Notes: generated from the letters alone by a model not told the origin. A stretch of 59,211 nucleotides of DNA from a virus (IMGVR_UViG_3300030102_004787:1-59211), one strand, 5' to 3'. Counted from the stretch's first letter, positions 50,198 through 58,567 are shown. Made by a program: numbers and translations.

Positions 50198-50301
50198 TGG
50201 TGGGGAAAGGAGGATTCGAACCTCCGATTCCGTTTAACCTTTTTACTTGCGAAGTAGAAAGGGTGATTAAGTTTGATAGCATCTCGCTCAATCTTTTCCC
50301 C
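50198..50301 (-). ncRNA. Non-canonical tRNA-like RNA (104 nt)
   Basis: Acceptor stem GGGGAAA/TTTCCCC plus ACCA and T-arm GGAGG-TTCGAAT-CCTCC are perfect; D and anticodon regions are enlarged and atypical. Confidence 0.75.
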
Positions 50302-50312
50302 TATTTTTATTT

Positions 50313-51038
50313 TTAATCTACTACAAACCCTGTAGTATCTTTTTTAGCGTCTCCTTTTGCTTTGAGACCTAGTACTACATTTTTGTATTTTGTCATTTCT
50401 AAATCTGTTTTGTCTCCGTCTACCACTTTGAAACCTTTGTAGGTATCCGGTAATTCATTTCTAAATACTATCGACACATTGCCACCTGCATTTAATACGT
50501 TCATAACGTCCTGTTCATTGTCTTCCTTTCGTGATAATGTTACGTGATACCTAGTATCTAAATACTTTTTAACTTTCCCAGGTATGGCCGTATAGTCATA
50601 CACTATAATATTTTTGTATGTATCATCATTTAATAAATCTAAATCCGCATACTTTTTCAATTGATACACAAAATCAACATCGCTCAATGTGTTTAGCCTT
50701 AAAGCAAATATTTCATTTGTCAATTTACTTTTGATGGCTATTTTATTTATTTCCTTTGCCAATTGATTAATAAATTTTTGCCTATCAAATAAATAGTAAT
50801 TTGTTTTGTTTATCCGTGCCTGTTGTACGTTGGTAAACTTTCCACGGCCTGCGGTAAATAAACAAGCTAATGCACAGCCCTTGGAGGCTTTCGGGCATAT
50901 GTTTGTACCTTTTGCATTTTGTTTGTATGGTGCAAGAGATAGGTTGTAAGTTGTTACTTCGTTCTTGTTTATCTTTGCATTGCCCCCCTTAGATAGTAAG
51001 TTTTTTACTTCTTTGTATTGCTTTGTTATTGTTTCCAT
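50313..51038 (-). CDS. Gp88-like protein with CxxxxxxCxxxC motif (possible Fe-S / radical-SAM-like)
   Basis: NICPKASKGCALACL..AGRG, LRLNTLSD, YDYT, VDGDKTDL, GLKAKG. Confidence 0.7.
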   Translation of the reverse strand: METITKQYKEVKNLLSKGGNAKINKNEVTTYNLSLAPYKQNAKGTNICPKASKGCALACLFTAGRGKFTNVQQARINKTNYYLFDRQKFINQLAKEINKIAIKSKLTNEIFALRLNTLSDVDFVYQLKKYADLDLLNDDTYKNIIVYDYTAIPGKVKKYLDTRYHVTLSRKEDNEQDVMNVLNAGGNVSIVFRNELPDTYKGFKVVDGDKTDLEMTKYKNVVLGLKAKGDAKKDTTGFVVD

Positions 51039-51396
51039 TTAATTGTTTGTTTATTGTTTGTAAATCGTTGGTAAAGATATTAAAGTTTTTTTAATATCCA
51101 AATATTTATTTAAAAAAGTATTGTTTCAATCCTCATAAATTTTCTTTCATTTCGTCAAAATCCCCAAAAATTTAGTGGTCTATCATCTGTTAAATGTCTT
51201 TTTGGATTGCGTTTCCGTTTTGTTTTTTTCTTTTTTCAATACTCTTTTTTTATTTTTTAAGTTTTAAAAATTTAATTATACAATGACATTTTAAAATGTT
51301 TCTGCTTGTTAGCTTTATTCAAATTGCAATAAATTAAATCTTTGCTTTGCTCCGTCCGTTTTAGATGTGGTCCCCATCGTCTAAATATGTTTGTTT

Positions 51397-51591
51397 TTAT
51401 CTCCTTTTTGCCCTTCTTCGCTCCCTTTGTTTGTTTGCCCTTTCAGCCTTAAAAATGCTTCTATCAATTTCGCTAATTTGCTGATCAATTATCGATTGAA
51501 TCTTTACTAATCTACGGCCTTTTTTATGCTTGTTTGCTCCGTTTCCTAAATCCAGTTTATAATCTTTTTTATTTGCTCTGTATTGTATCAT
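51397..51591 (-). CDS. Small basic early protein
   Basis: 64 aa, Arg/Lys-rich. Confidence 0.55.
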   Translation of the reverse strand: MIQYRANKKDYKLDLGNGANKHKKGRRLVKIQSIIDQQISEIDRSIFKAERANKQRERRRAKRR

Positions 51592-51659
51592 CGCGCCTGG
51601 TTTTGTGGGGCCTTTCGGCCCCTGTTAATATTATTTTATTGAGATTAATTTATAATAAT

Positions 51660-51875
51660 TCATAATTTTGATTTATCTAAAAAATAATTATATACTTCTG
51701 GTATATGTTTTTTATAATAAGGCTGCTCTGATTTGACCCAATTCTTAAGTTCAGATTTACTTTTAAATGATTGATATTTATAAGTTAATTCTAATTCATC
51801 AATAAAGTCTCCAACTGTCCAGCCTTCCCATATATGTTTATCTCTATTCATAGATAATATTTTTAATTGTTCCAT
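51660..51875 (-). CDS. First early hypothetical protein
   Basis: 71 aa, HIWEGWTVGDFIDEL...QPYYKKHIPEV. Confidence 0.7.
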   Translation of the reverse strand: MEQLKILSMNRDKHIWEGWTVGDFIDELELTYKYQSFKSKSELKNWVKSEQPYYKKHIPEVYNYFLDKSKL

Positions 51876-52650
51876 AATATAAATTTAAGTTTGTTTGTTT
51901 GCAATTTGTTTGCGTTTCGTTGGTACAAGTATACAACAAAAAAGAAATACGATCCAAATTTTGTTTAACCTTTTTGATTTTGATCTCACCAGGTAAACAA
52001 CAGATAAGAAAAAAAAGTTTAGCACGTTAAACAAAACAACAAAGTTTTCTAACCTGTTTAACAGGGAACAAAAAAAAATTAATAAACTTTTGGTTGATTT
52101 TAGCACCTGTAAAATGACAATAAAAAATATTTTTGTTTAGGTTAATTATTTGTGGAGCGGGTTCTATTCCTTCCCTCTGAACGTCTTGAAGGGAAGGTTT
52201 AAGATTTAAACTTACTCTGTTGGGCAGGTTAATGTTTAAAACGTTAAACGAAAAATAAATTGTTGTACATACTAGGATTTAAAAATTAAAATTTCAACGT
52301 GTATGCACACGCATACGCTACGCACACGCTACGCATCACACACGCATATACACGCACGCGCAAAAACGGCAAAAAATCCGACAAAAAAAAGTTTTTTTTA
52401 TACCCCCCTATCACAAAAAAAATCGTTTTCGTATGCGTATACACGTACGTATATTAATATATAACCCCCTACTTCTATACATCTAATATATATTGTATCT
52501 TTATATATACTGTATGTTACTACGGTAAATTCCTTGGGACGTTTTTCTGCTGAGAAGTGAAAAGCTAGTTGTAGTTAAAGCCTACCATCAGCAGTGTCCT
52601 GGGGTTAATTTCTTTAAAATAGGTCTATTTTGGGACGTTTTAGTACTTTA

Positions 52651-52745
52651 GTGACGATTATTATAAGAAAATAAATAAAAAAAAATAAAAGTATATATAA
52701 GTGCTTTTTTTTATAAGTAGGTTAAATCATAGTAAAAATCGTCAC
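52651..52745 (+). repeat. 95-bp AT-rich element B bounded by GTGACGATT/AATCGTCAC
   Basis: Perfect 9-bp terminal inverted repeat; homologous to the reverse complement of 45506-45600. Confidence 0.7.
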
Positions 52746-52767
52746 AAAGCTAGATATCTAAAATTAG

Positions 52768-52798
52768 TTTGGTAGTATAGTATTTCTTTATATATTTG
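52768..52798 (+). promoter_or_regulatory. Full Bacteroidota primary-sigma promoter for groEL
   Basis: TTTG (52768-71), 19-nt spacer, TATATTTG (52791-98). Confidence 0.75.
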
Positions 52799-52826
52799 TT
52801 GAGAATCTAATTTAATTAAGTACAAT

Positions 52827-54431
52827 ATGTCCTACACGCCTAAAGAGTTGGTCTTTGATGAAGAGGCCAAGCAAAAGTTAAAGAGTGGTATTAGTAAGAT
52901 CTGCAACGCAGTCAAGAGCACTCTTGGTCCAGCTGGTAAAACAGTAGTTATTGAATCCCCTAATCACACCCGTGGTATTACAGTTACAAAGGATGGAGTG
53001 ACTGTAGCTAAGTCGGTTTATTTGTTAGATCCGGTAGAAAATCTAGCGGTTCAGATGATTAGAGAGGCTTCTCAAAACACTGCAGATTCGGCTGGAGATG
53101 GTACGACAACAAGCATAGTTTTGGCTGAAGCATTGATAGAACAGGGGTTGGATGAGTTGGAGGAGGCTCCAGATATGAATATTCCTAAGCTTATAAAGCA
53201 GATAGGCGAAGGGAAGGATAAGGTGGTCAGAGAGCTAGAGAAAATGGCTAAGAAGCTAAATAAAAAAAGACTGCTAGACGTGGCTTCTATATCGGCAAAT
53301 AACGATAGGGACATTGGTAAAATTATTGCCGAAGCTTACGATAAGGTGGGAGCTGATGGTGTAGTGACGGTAGAAAACTCTGAGACTTCTGAGACATATG
53401 CAGAGGTGTATGATGGTATCAAGCTAAAGCGTGGGTATACCAACAATGCGTTTATCAATAATCAAAAGAGGGACGAGTGTATACTGGAGAACTGCTATGT
53501 GTTAATTACGGATCACGTTATAAATAATGTGTTACAGATTGAGAATATATTAAAACCAATCATCAATCAAGGCAAGCAACTTTTGATCATAGCGGACTGC
53601 GGTCAGAACGTAGTGAATACGCTGGCGGCAAACGTGGCTAGAAATGGTTTGAAGATCTGTAACATTACACCACCTAAGTTTGGGTATAAGAAGCAGGAGA
53701 TGATGGGTGATATTGCGCTGGCTACTGGTGGGGCTTATATCAGTGAGTCTACTGGGGATGATTTGAATATGATATCGCTTGATCAGCTGGGTATGGCAGA
53801 GAAGGTGATCGTAGGTAGGGAGGACACGGTGATGATCGGTGGTAAGGGAGATAAAGAGGCGATTGAGGAAAGGGTGAAGGAGCTCAAGGTTCAGCACGGT
53901 AATCTAAATGCGAAAGGTGAGCGAGACTTTGTAACGGAGCGTATTGCTAGTTTGAAGGGTGGGATAGGTGTGATCTTTGTCGGTGGGCACTCTGACATTG
54001 AGCAAAAAGAAAAATTTGACCGCATTGAAGATGCGGTGTGTGCTGTTAGCTCAGCACTAGAGGAAGGAGTCCTTCCTGGAGGTGGGGTGAGTTTATATAG
54101 GGCAGCTCACAAATTAATGGACACAGGGTCTAGTTTTGGAGAGATCTTGCTGTATAAGTATTGTATTACAGAGCCTTTCTTTAATATATGTAAAAACGCA
54201 GGTATGGAGGATATGGAGATTGCGGAGATTGAGACCTTGATCCAGAACAGCGAGATCAATATGGGATACGATGTAAAGAACAATATGTGGGGTGATATGT
54301 ACAAGATGGGTATATTAGATCCGCTTAAAGTAACTAAGAACGCACTAGTCAATGCTGTATCAGTGGCTACGACTATATTAAGCACTAACGCTATTATTAC
54401 AATGGCGAGAGAAGTAAGTAAAGGAGAATGA
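52827..54431 (+). CDS. groEL: Chaperonin GroEL (Cpn60), phage-encoded
   Basis: AVKSTLGPAG, VTKDGVTVAK, AGDGTTTS, EEGVLPGGG, GILDPLKV. Confidence 0.97.
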   Translation: MSYTPKELVFDEEAKQKLKSGISKICNAVKSTLGPAGKTVVIESPNHTRGITVTKDGVTVAKSVYLLDPVENLAVQMIREASQNTADSAGDGTTTSIVLAEALIEQGLDELEEAPDMNIPKLIKQIGEGKDKVVRELEKMAKKLNKKRLLDVASISANNDRDIGKIIAEAYDKVGADGVVTVENSETSETYAEVYDGIKLKRGYTNNAFINNQKRDECILENCYVLITDHVINNVLQIENILKPIINQGKQLLIIADCGQNVVNTLAANVARNGLKICNITPPKFGYKKQEMMGDIALATGGAYISESTGDDLNMISLDQLGMAEKVIVGREDTVMIGGKGDKEAIEERVKELKVQHGNLNAKGERDFVTERIASLKGGIGVIFVGGHSDIEQKEKFDRIEDAVCAVSSALEEGVLPGGGVSLYRAAHKLMDTGSSFGEILLYKYCITEPFFNICKNAGMEDMEIAEIETLIQNSEINMGYDVKNNMWGDMYKMGILDPLKVTKNALVNAVSVATTILSTNAIITMAREVSKGE

Positions 54432-54484
54432 TAGATGATATAGAAACAAAAATAAATTAAAATAATAAACTAAACTAAATTAAA

Positions 54485-54724
54485 ATGAGATCATTAGAAA
54501 ATGCCAAAGAACAAATTGAAGACCTTTTATTAAGCGGTGATACCGTAAATGTTATTGATTTAGCTATACAACTACAACGAAATGATGTACTAGCAGATAT
54601 TGAAGAAGTATTGCAAATAATAAGCATAAAAAAGAACGATGTTACTGACAGTATGAGTAGTATTGTAGATAAACTCGATAATATGGCTTTTAATTTATCT
54701 AATATATCAAAGGATATAGTTTAA
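54485..54724 (+). CDS. Hypothetical protein between groEL and groES
   Basis: 79 aa helical ORF. Confidence 0.6.
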   Translation: MRSLENAKEQIEDLLLSGDTVNVIDLAIQLQRNDVLADIEEVLQIISIKKNDVTDSMSSIVDKLDNMAFNLSNISKDIV

Positions 54725-54981
54725 TGAAACCCGTAAATAAATACATACTGATTGATCCCATTACAGAGGAAGTCAAGACTAACTCTGGGCTTTTATTAAG
54801 CAGTGATGATAAGAATCAATTCAGATACAAGAAAGCAAATGTGGTAGAGACTAGTGACCTAGTGGAAACCATTAAGAAAGGAGATTCGATTTATTACGAC
54901 AAGGCGCAAGCACACGAAGTAATTATCAAAGATGCTTCTTACGTAGTTATTCAAGAGCGTGACGTGGTGGTTGTTTTATAG
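54724..54981 (+). CDS. groES: Co-chaperonin GroES (Cpn10)
   Basis: MKPVNKYILI...KTNSGLLL...IKKGDSIYY...VIQERDVVVVL. Confidence 0.92.
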   Translation: MKPVNKYILIDPITEEVKTNSGLLLSSDDKNQFRYKKANVVETSDLVETIKKGDSIYYDKAQAHEVIIKDASYVVIQERDVVVVL

Positions 54982-55420
54982 ACTTGTTTAGTTCTATAAT
55001 CGCATTTCGATAAACCTTATCCATATACTTCACATCATCCTTAAATAAGGGGTTGACTCTTGGGTCTTCCCCTATTTCTTCGCCATTTAGCTTGGCATAG
55101 ATAGAGCTGACGGCTCTTTTACCCTTAAAAGACAGTTCGTATATATTTCCTTCTCTACCTTTTCCTTCTCTCCATAGTCTAATATATCCACTGTCAATTA
55201 ATTTTTTAAAACGAGTTCTATCCCAAGACATCATCTCGGCATACTGATGAAACGTTTTCTTATCAAAAAAATTCTCGCTGTATAGAAACAGCATCATATC
55301 CAGATCACCCACGCTAAAACCATACTTGGCTTTTGCCCAGTAACGAATGATTCGCCAGTACTTTAAATAATTATGAGAGGGGGTGATTCGTTGTTTAGGT
55401 TTTCGTAAAATCTTTTTCAT
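54947..55420 (-). CDS. Putative winged-helix (MarR-like) DNA-binding protein
   Basis: LDMMLFLY...FKKLIDSGYI...YELSFKGK; lone antisense gene within the late arm. Confidence 0.6.
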   Translation of the reverse strand: MKKILRKPKQRITPSHNYLKYWRIIRYWAKAKYGFSVGDLDMMLFLYSENFFDKKTFHQYAEMMSWDRTRFKKLIDSGYIRLWREGKGREGNIYELSFKGKRAVSSIYAKLNGEEIGEDPRVNPLFKDDVKYMDKVYRNAIIELNKSIKQPPRHALE

Positions 55421-55427
55421 ATCTTTG
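55420..55427 (+). promoter_or_regulatory. Bacteroidota-type -7 promoter element
   Basis: TATCTTTG overlapping the start codon of the divergent wHTH gene. Confidence 0.6.
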
Positions 55428-55460
55428 TAAAATTAATCAATTAATATAAAACTATCAACT

Positions 55461-55577
55461 ATGGCATACGGAAATGGCGGTGGCAAAAAATCAAAATCAA
55501 AATGTAGAAAGGTGGATGGTAAAATGGTTTGCAATCCAAAACCACCAAAAAAAAGTAAAAAAGGAATATATAAATAA
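55461..55577 (+). CDS. 38-aa Lys-rich peptide
   Basis: MAYGNGGGKKSKSKCRKVDGKMVCNPKPPKKSKKGIYK. Confidence 0.6.
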   Translation: MAYGNGGGKKSKSKCRKVDGKMVCNPKPPKKSKKGIYK

Positions 55578-55583
55578 ATTACA

Positions 55584-55727
55584 ATGGAAAAATGTGATAA
55601 ATGCGGCAAGCCGCTTTTAAAAGAAACTTTAGAAAAATGCGTTAATACAGTTTGCGAATCAGCTATTAAAGCTATTGGAGAAACCAAACAAAAGCTTAAC
55701 GTAAAAATAAATGATTTAAAAATATAA
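55584..55727 (+). CDS. 47-aa Zn-ribbon-like peptide
   Basis: MEKCDKCGKP...CVNTVC. Confidence 0.6.
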   Translation: MEKCDKCGKPLLKETLEKCVNTVCESAIKAIGETKQKLNVKINDLKI

Positions 55728-55729
55728 TT

Positions 55730-56770
55730 ATGGCTATACCAACAGGAACAAAATTCCAAGGAATACCACCTTCAAATGATGACTTAAATAAAAGGTCTAC
55801 TCAAGTAAATGCAACCGCACCTTTATATGATATATCTGAGTTTGCACAATCAGAATTAACTGTTTCAAACTTAACACTACAAGGAACGACAAATGCTTCT
55901 ACATCTCAGGCGATATATGGAATAAACATTATAGATACAGCTACCCCATCTAATTTAGCTACTAGATTACCTGACGCTAAAACAGGAAAACAAACTACTT
56001 TTGTAAACAACTCAACAATGTCTATATTAGTTTTTCCTTCTGTTGTTGGTGGTAAAATTAATGGAGTAGTTGATGGATATGCGTCAATACCCAACGATGG
56101 AAGACCTTACACTTTTTCTTGCGTAGACAATCCTTTACCTGGGGCTTGGGTTTGGAGTCCACCTGCGGTTGGTCAAATTCAGTTACCTACTATATCAGTA
56201 GCTCACACTAATGGTGTAGGTACTGCAGCTTACGGAGTAGGAACAGCTGGTGCTCAATTAATAAACCCAGCTGGTGCTAATTGGTATGACAATGTATCGG
56301 TTTCAGGGTTTCCAACTTTAACGTTTAACGTTATTTCTGGATCAGCCCCTGGAAGAGACTATTGGGCTACTGTACCAAACCTAACCCCGTTAAGAACCTT
56401 AGTAAACACTAAAGTCTATTCAAATTTTGTGGCAGCAGACACTAGTGTTCCTAGTCAAGTTCCACAGGTTTTAAGAAAAGTTGCTTATAATACAGGAAGT
56501 GGGGCTTATGCTAATTACTCAGCTTCTGGTGTTAGTCTATTTGGTGCTGATACTGTGCCAAGTGGACCTCTGAATTCACCTGTAGAAGTAGGAGATGTAG
56601 GTACTTTTTATAAAATACAACCAGCAAACTTAGTTCAAGTTTCTCCAACAGAAACTGATTTAATAGGATTTGGTCCTACAGGAGATCATTATTTTACTTT
56701 TATTATAAGCTTGCCTCAGTTTTTAGCTACTAAAACTTACAAGTTTGATATATTTTTAGAATATACTTAA
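55730..56770 (+). CDS. Putative virion fibre or decoration protein
   Basis: 346 aa beta-rich; N-terminus shared with 5482..5889. Confidence 0.7.
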   Translation: MAIPTGTKFQGIPPSNDDLNKRSTQVNATAPLYDISEFAQSELTVSNLTLQGTTNASTSQAIYGINIIDTATPSNLATRLPDAKTGKQTTFVNNSTMSILVFPSVVGGKINGVVDGYASIPNDGRPYTFSCVDNPLPGAWVWSPPAVGQIQLPTISVAHTNGVGTAAYGVGTAGAQLINPAGANWYDNVSVSGFPTLTFNVISGSAPGRDYWATVPNLTPLRTLVNTKVYSNFVAADTSVPSQVPQVLRKVAYNTGSGAYANYSASGVSLFGADTVPSGPLNSPVEVGDVGTFYKIQPANLVQVSPTETDLIGFGPTGDHYFTFIISLPQFLATKTYKFDIFLEYT

Positions 56771-56771
56771 A

Positions 56772-57041
56772 ATGAAGACTTCAGAGTATTATAAAAATAA
56801 TCCAGATGCATATGAAAAGAAAAAAGCATATGACAAAAAGTATAATGCTACTAGGAAAGCTACTAAAAAAAGAACTAAATTAAACAAGTTTAACAGACAG
56901 AAAGGCACATACGGAAATGGAGACGGATTAGATGCTTGTGAAAAGAAATTCAACAGCAAGGTAAAAATTCGTTTTTGTAAAATGAGAAACAATAGAGGAG
57001 ATAAGGACGATATGCCTGGAGATAAAAGATCGAGAGGTTAA
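56772..57041 (+). CDS. Small basic protein
   Basis: 89 aa, YGNGDGLD..NRG pattern (degenerate HNH-like). Confidence 0.65.
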   Translation: MKTSEYYKNNPDAYEKKKAYDKKYNATRKATKKRTKLNKFNRQKGTYGNGDGLDACEKKFNSKVKIRFCKMRNNRGDKDDMPGDKRSRG

Positions 57042-57042
57042 T

Positions 57043-57189
57043 ATGGCTATAAAAAAGAAAAATAAGATTTGCCCTAAAGGAAAAGCTTGGGCAATGAGAA
57101 CATACGGTAAATGGTCTGCTTACGCTGCTATGGGGGCAAGTAAATACTGTAAAGATCCTAATTACGCTAAAAAATCAAAAAGAAAATAA
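57043..57189 (+). CDS. 48-aa basic peptide
   Basis: KICPKGKAWAMRTYGKWSAYAAMGASKYCKDPNY. Confidence 0.7.
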   Translation: MAIKKKNKICPKGKAWAMRTYGKWSAYAAMGASKYCKDPNYAKKSKRK

Positions 57190-57190
57190 T

Positions 57191-57373
57191 ATGAAAGGTG
57201 TACCACATTTTAAAAAAGATGGCACTATATATAAGGGTGCAACACATAAATCAGGAAAAAAACTAATGTCAGGTAAAAATCACACAAAAAAAAGTGTTGA
57301 TTTATTTCACATTAATGAATTACCTAAAAGATCATTAATGAAAGCTTATAAACAAGCAGGGTTATTAAAGTAA
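57191..57373 (+). CDS. Small basic protein
   Basis: MKGVPHFKKDGTIYKGATHK... Confidence 0.7.
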   Translation: MKGVPHFKKDGTIYKGATHKSGKKLMSGKNHTKKSVDLFHINELPKRSLMKAYKQAGLLK

Positions 57374-57663
57374 TGGCAAAAAAAAGAGACCCTAAAAAAG
57401 GAACTGGCAAAAAACCCAAGGGATCGGGAAGACGTTTGTATACAGATGAAAACCCGAAGGACACAGTTCGTATAAAATTTGCTACTCCTAGTGACGCAAG
57501 GGCTACGGTGGCAAAAGTTAAAAAAATTAGAAAACCTTTTGCAAGGAAAATACAAATACTAACCGTAGGTGAGCAAAGGGCAAAAGTAATGGGAAAGACA
57601 GCGGTAGTTAATATTTTTAAAAAAGGAAAAGAATCAATTAGAAAAGAAAATAAGAAAAAATGA
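57373..57663 (+). CDS. Small basic protein
   Basis: GTGKKPKGSGRRLYTDENPKDTV...QILTVGEQRAKV. Confidence 0.75.
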   Translation: MAKKRDPKKGTGKKPKGSGRRLYTDENPKDTVRIKFATPSDARATVAKVKKIRKPFARKIQILTVGEQRAKVMGKTAVVNIFKKGKESIRKENKKK

Positions 57664-57788
57664 GCAAGTTAAGCGCAAAACAAAGAAAGATTGCTAGAGC
57701 TGCAATGCCTTTCGATAAAATCACAGGAGCTGATTTTAAAGTATTAAAAATGATAAAAAAGAAAAAAAATGCCAACAGTAAAATATAA
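57660..57788 (+). CDS. 42-aa basic peptide
   Basis: MSKLSAKQRKIARAAMPFDKITGADFKVLK... Confidence 0.65.
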   Translation: MSKLSAKQRKIARAAMPFDKITGADFKVLKMIKKKKNANSKI

Positions 57789-57930
57789 GTGTGGAGACAC
57801 AGGAAAGATGAAAACAAAAAAATTCCCTTACAACGCAATGGGAAAAGCACAAGCCGTTGAGTTTGCAAAAACAATGAGAGGACAAATAAAAATGAATCCT
57901 GGAAAGGGTAAAACAGAAATGGGATATTAA
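57769..57930 (+). CDS. 53-aa basic peptide
   Basis: MPTVKYKCGDTGKMKTKKFPYNAMGKAQA... Confidence 0.65.
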   Translation: MPTVKYKCGDTGKMKTKKFPYNAMGKAQAVEFAKTMRGQIKMNPGKGKTEMGY

Positions 57931-58166
57931 TGGGTGCGTTAAAAAAATGGCGAGATGAGAAATGGGTTCGTATTGGAACCGATGGTCGGATTAAAGGGCC
58001 TTGTGGAACCAGTAAAAAGAAAAAGAACCCAGATCGCTGTTTGCCATTATCAAAAGCAAGGAGCCTTAGCAAGAAAGAAAGAGCTGCTACAGCGAGAAAG
58101 AAAAAAGCATCTGGCGGTAAGAAGCAATTTGTACCAAACACAAAAGCAGCAAAAGTTAGAAAATGA
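57930..58166 (+). CDS. Small basic protein (possibly DUF5872-like)
   Basis: LKKWRDEKWV...CG...RCLP.SKA..LS..ERAATARKK. Confidence 0.7.
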   Translation: MGALKKWRDEKWVRIGTDGRIKGPCGTSKKKKNPDRCLPLSKARSLSKKERAATARKKKASGGKKQFVPNTKAAKVRK

Positions 58167-58567
58167 AAGTATCTGAATCTACAGAGTTTAAAATAGATAT
58201 TAAGACCGTAATAGCCATAATAATGATAACGTCTTCTTTTGTGGGTATGTATTATACGTTACAAGAAGATATTGCAGAAGCCAAAACTTTACCTCCTACA
58301 GAGGTAAAAAGGCTAGAATATGACCTAAAAGAGCAGTGGAATAAAGAAAATATAGAAGATCTTCAAGAAAGAGTAGAGATGTTAGAGCAGGTAGATGATG
58401 TTTTGTTTGAAGAATTAAAAGTATTGTCCATATTAATTCAAGAAGGATCAGAAAGTGATGGTAAACTAGAAGAGCTTAATAGACAGTTGGAAGAATTAAA
58501 AAACAAAAAAAATAAACCAACTATAATCGTGAAGGAAATAGAAGTCGATAAGAAAAAAAGAAGGTAA
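58163..58567 (+). CDS. Membrane-anchored coiled-coil protein
   Basis: N-terminal TM segment followed by heptad repeats. Confidence 0.7.
   Translation: MKVSESTEFKIDIKTVIAIIMITSSFVGMYYTLQEDIAEAKTLPPTEVKRLEYDLKEQWNKENIEDLQERVEMLEQVDDVLFEELKVLSILIQEGSESDGKLEELNRQLEELKNKKNKPTIIVKEIEVDKKKRR

Larger units (their letters stand above)
51876..52826. other. Long non-coding divergent control region (candidate genome terminus or origin)
   Basis: About 950 bp with no credible ORF, between divergent arms; contains A-tracts and alternating purine-pyrimidine runs. Confidence 0.7.

Noticed and set aside
50198-50301. Canonical tRNA-Ala(CGC), tmRNA or attP
   Set aside because: It lacks U8, D-loop GG and G3:U70, is too short for tmRNA with no tag ORF, and no integrase was recognised.
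51885-52106. 73-aa minus-strand ORF from the ORF track
   Set aside because: Non-ATG start and Phe/Leu-rich translation of T-tracts in the control region; likely spurious.
52297-52362. CRISPR or mini-array
   Set aside because: Short degenerate ACGC units with no constant repeat-spacer periodicity.
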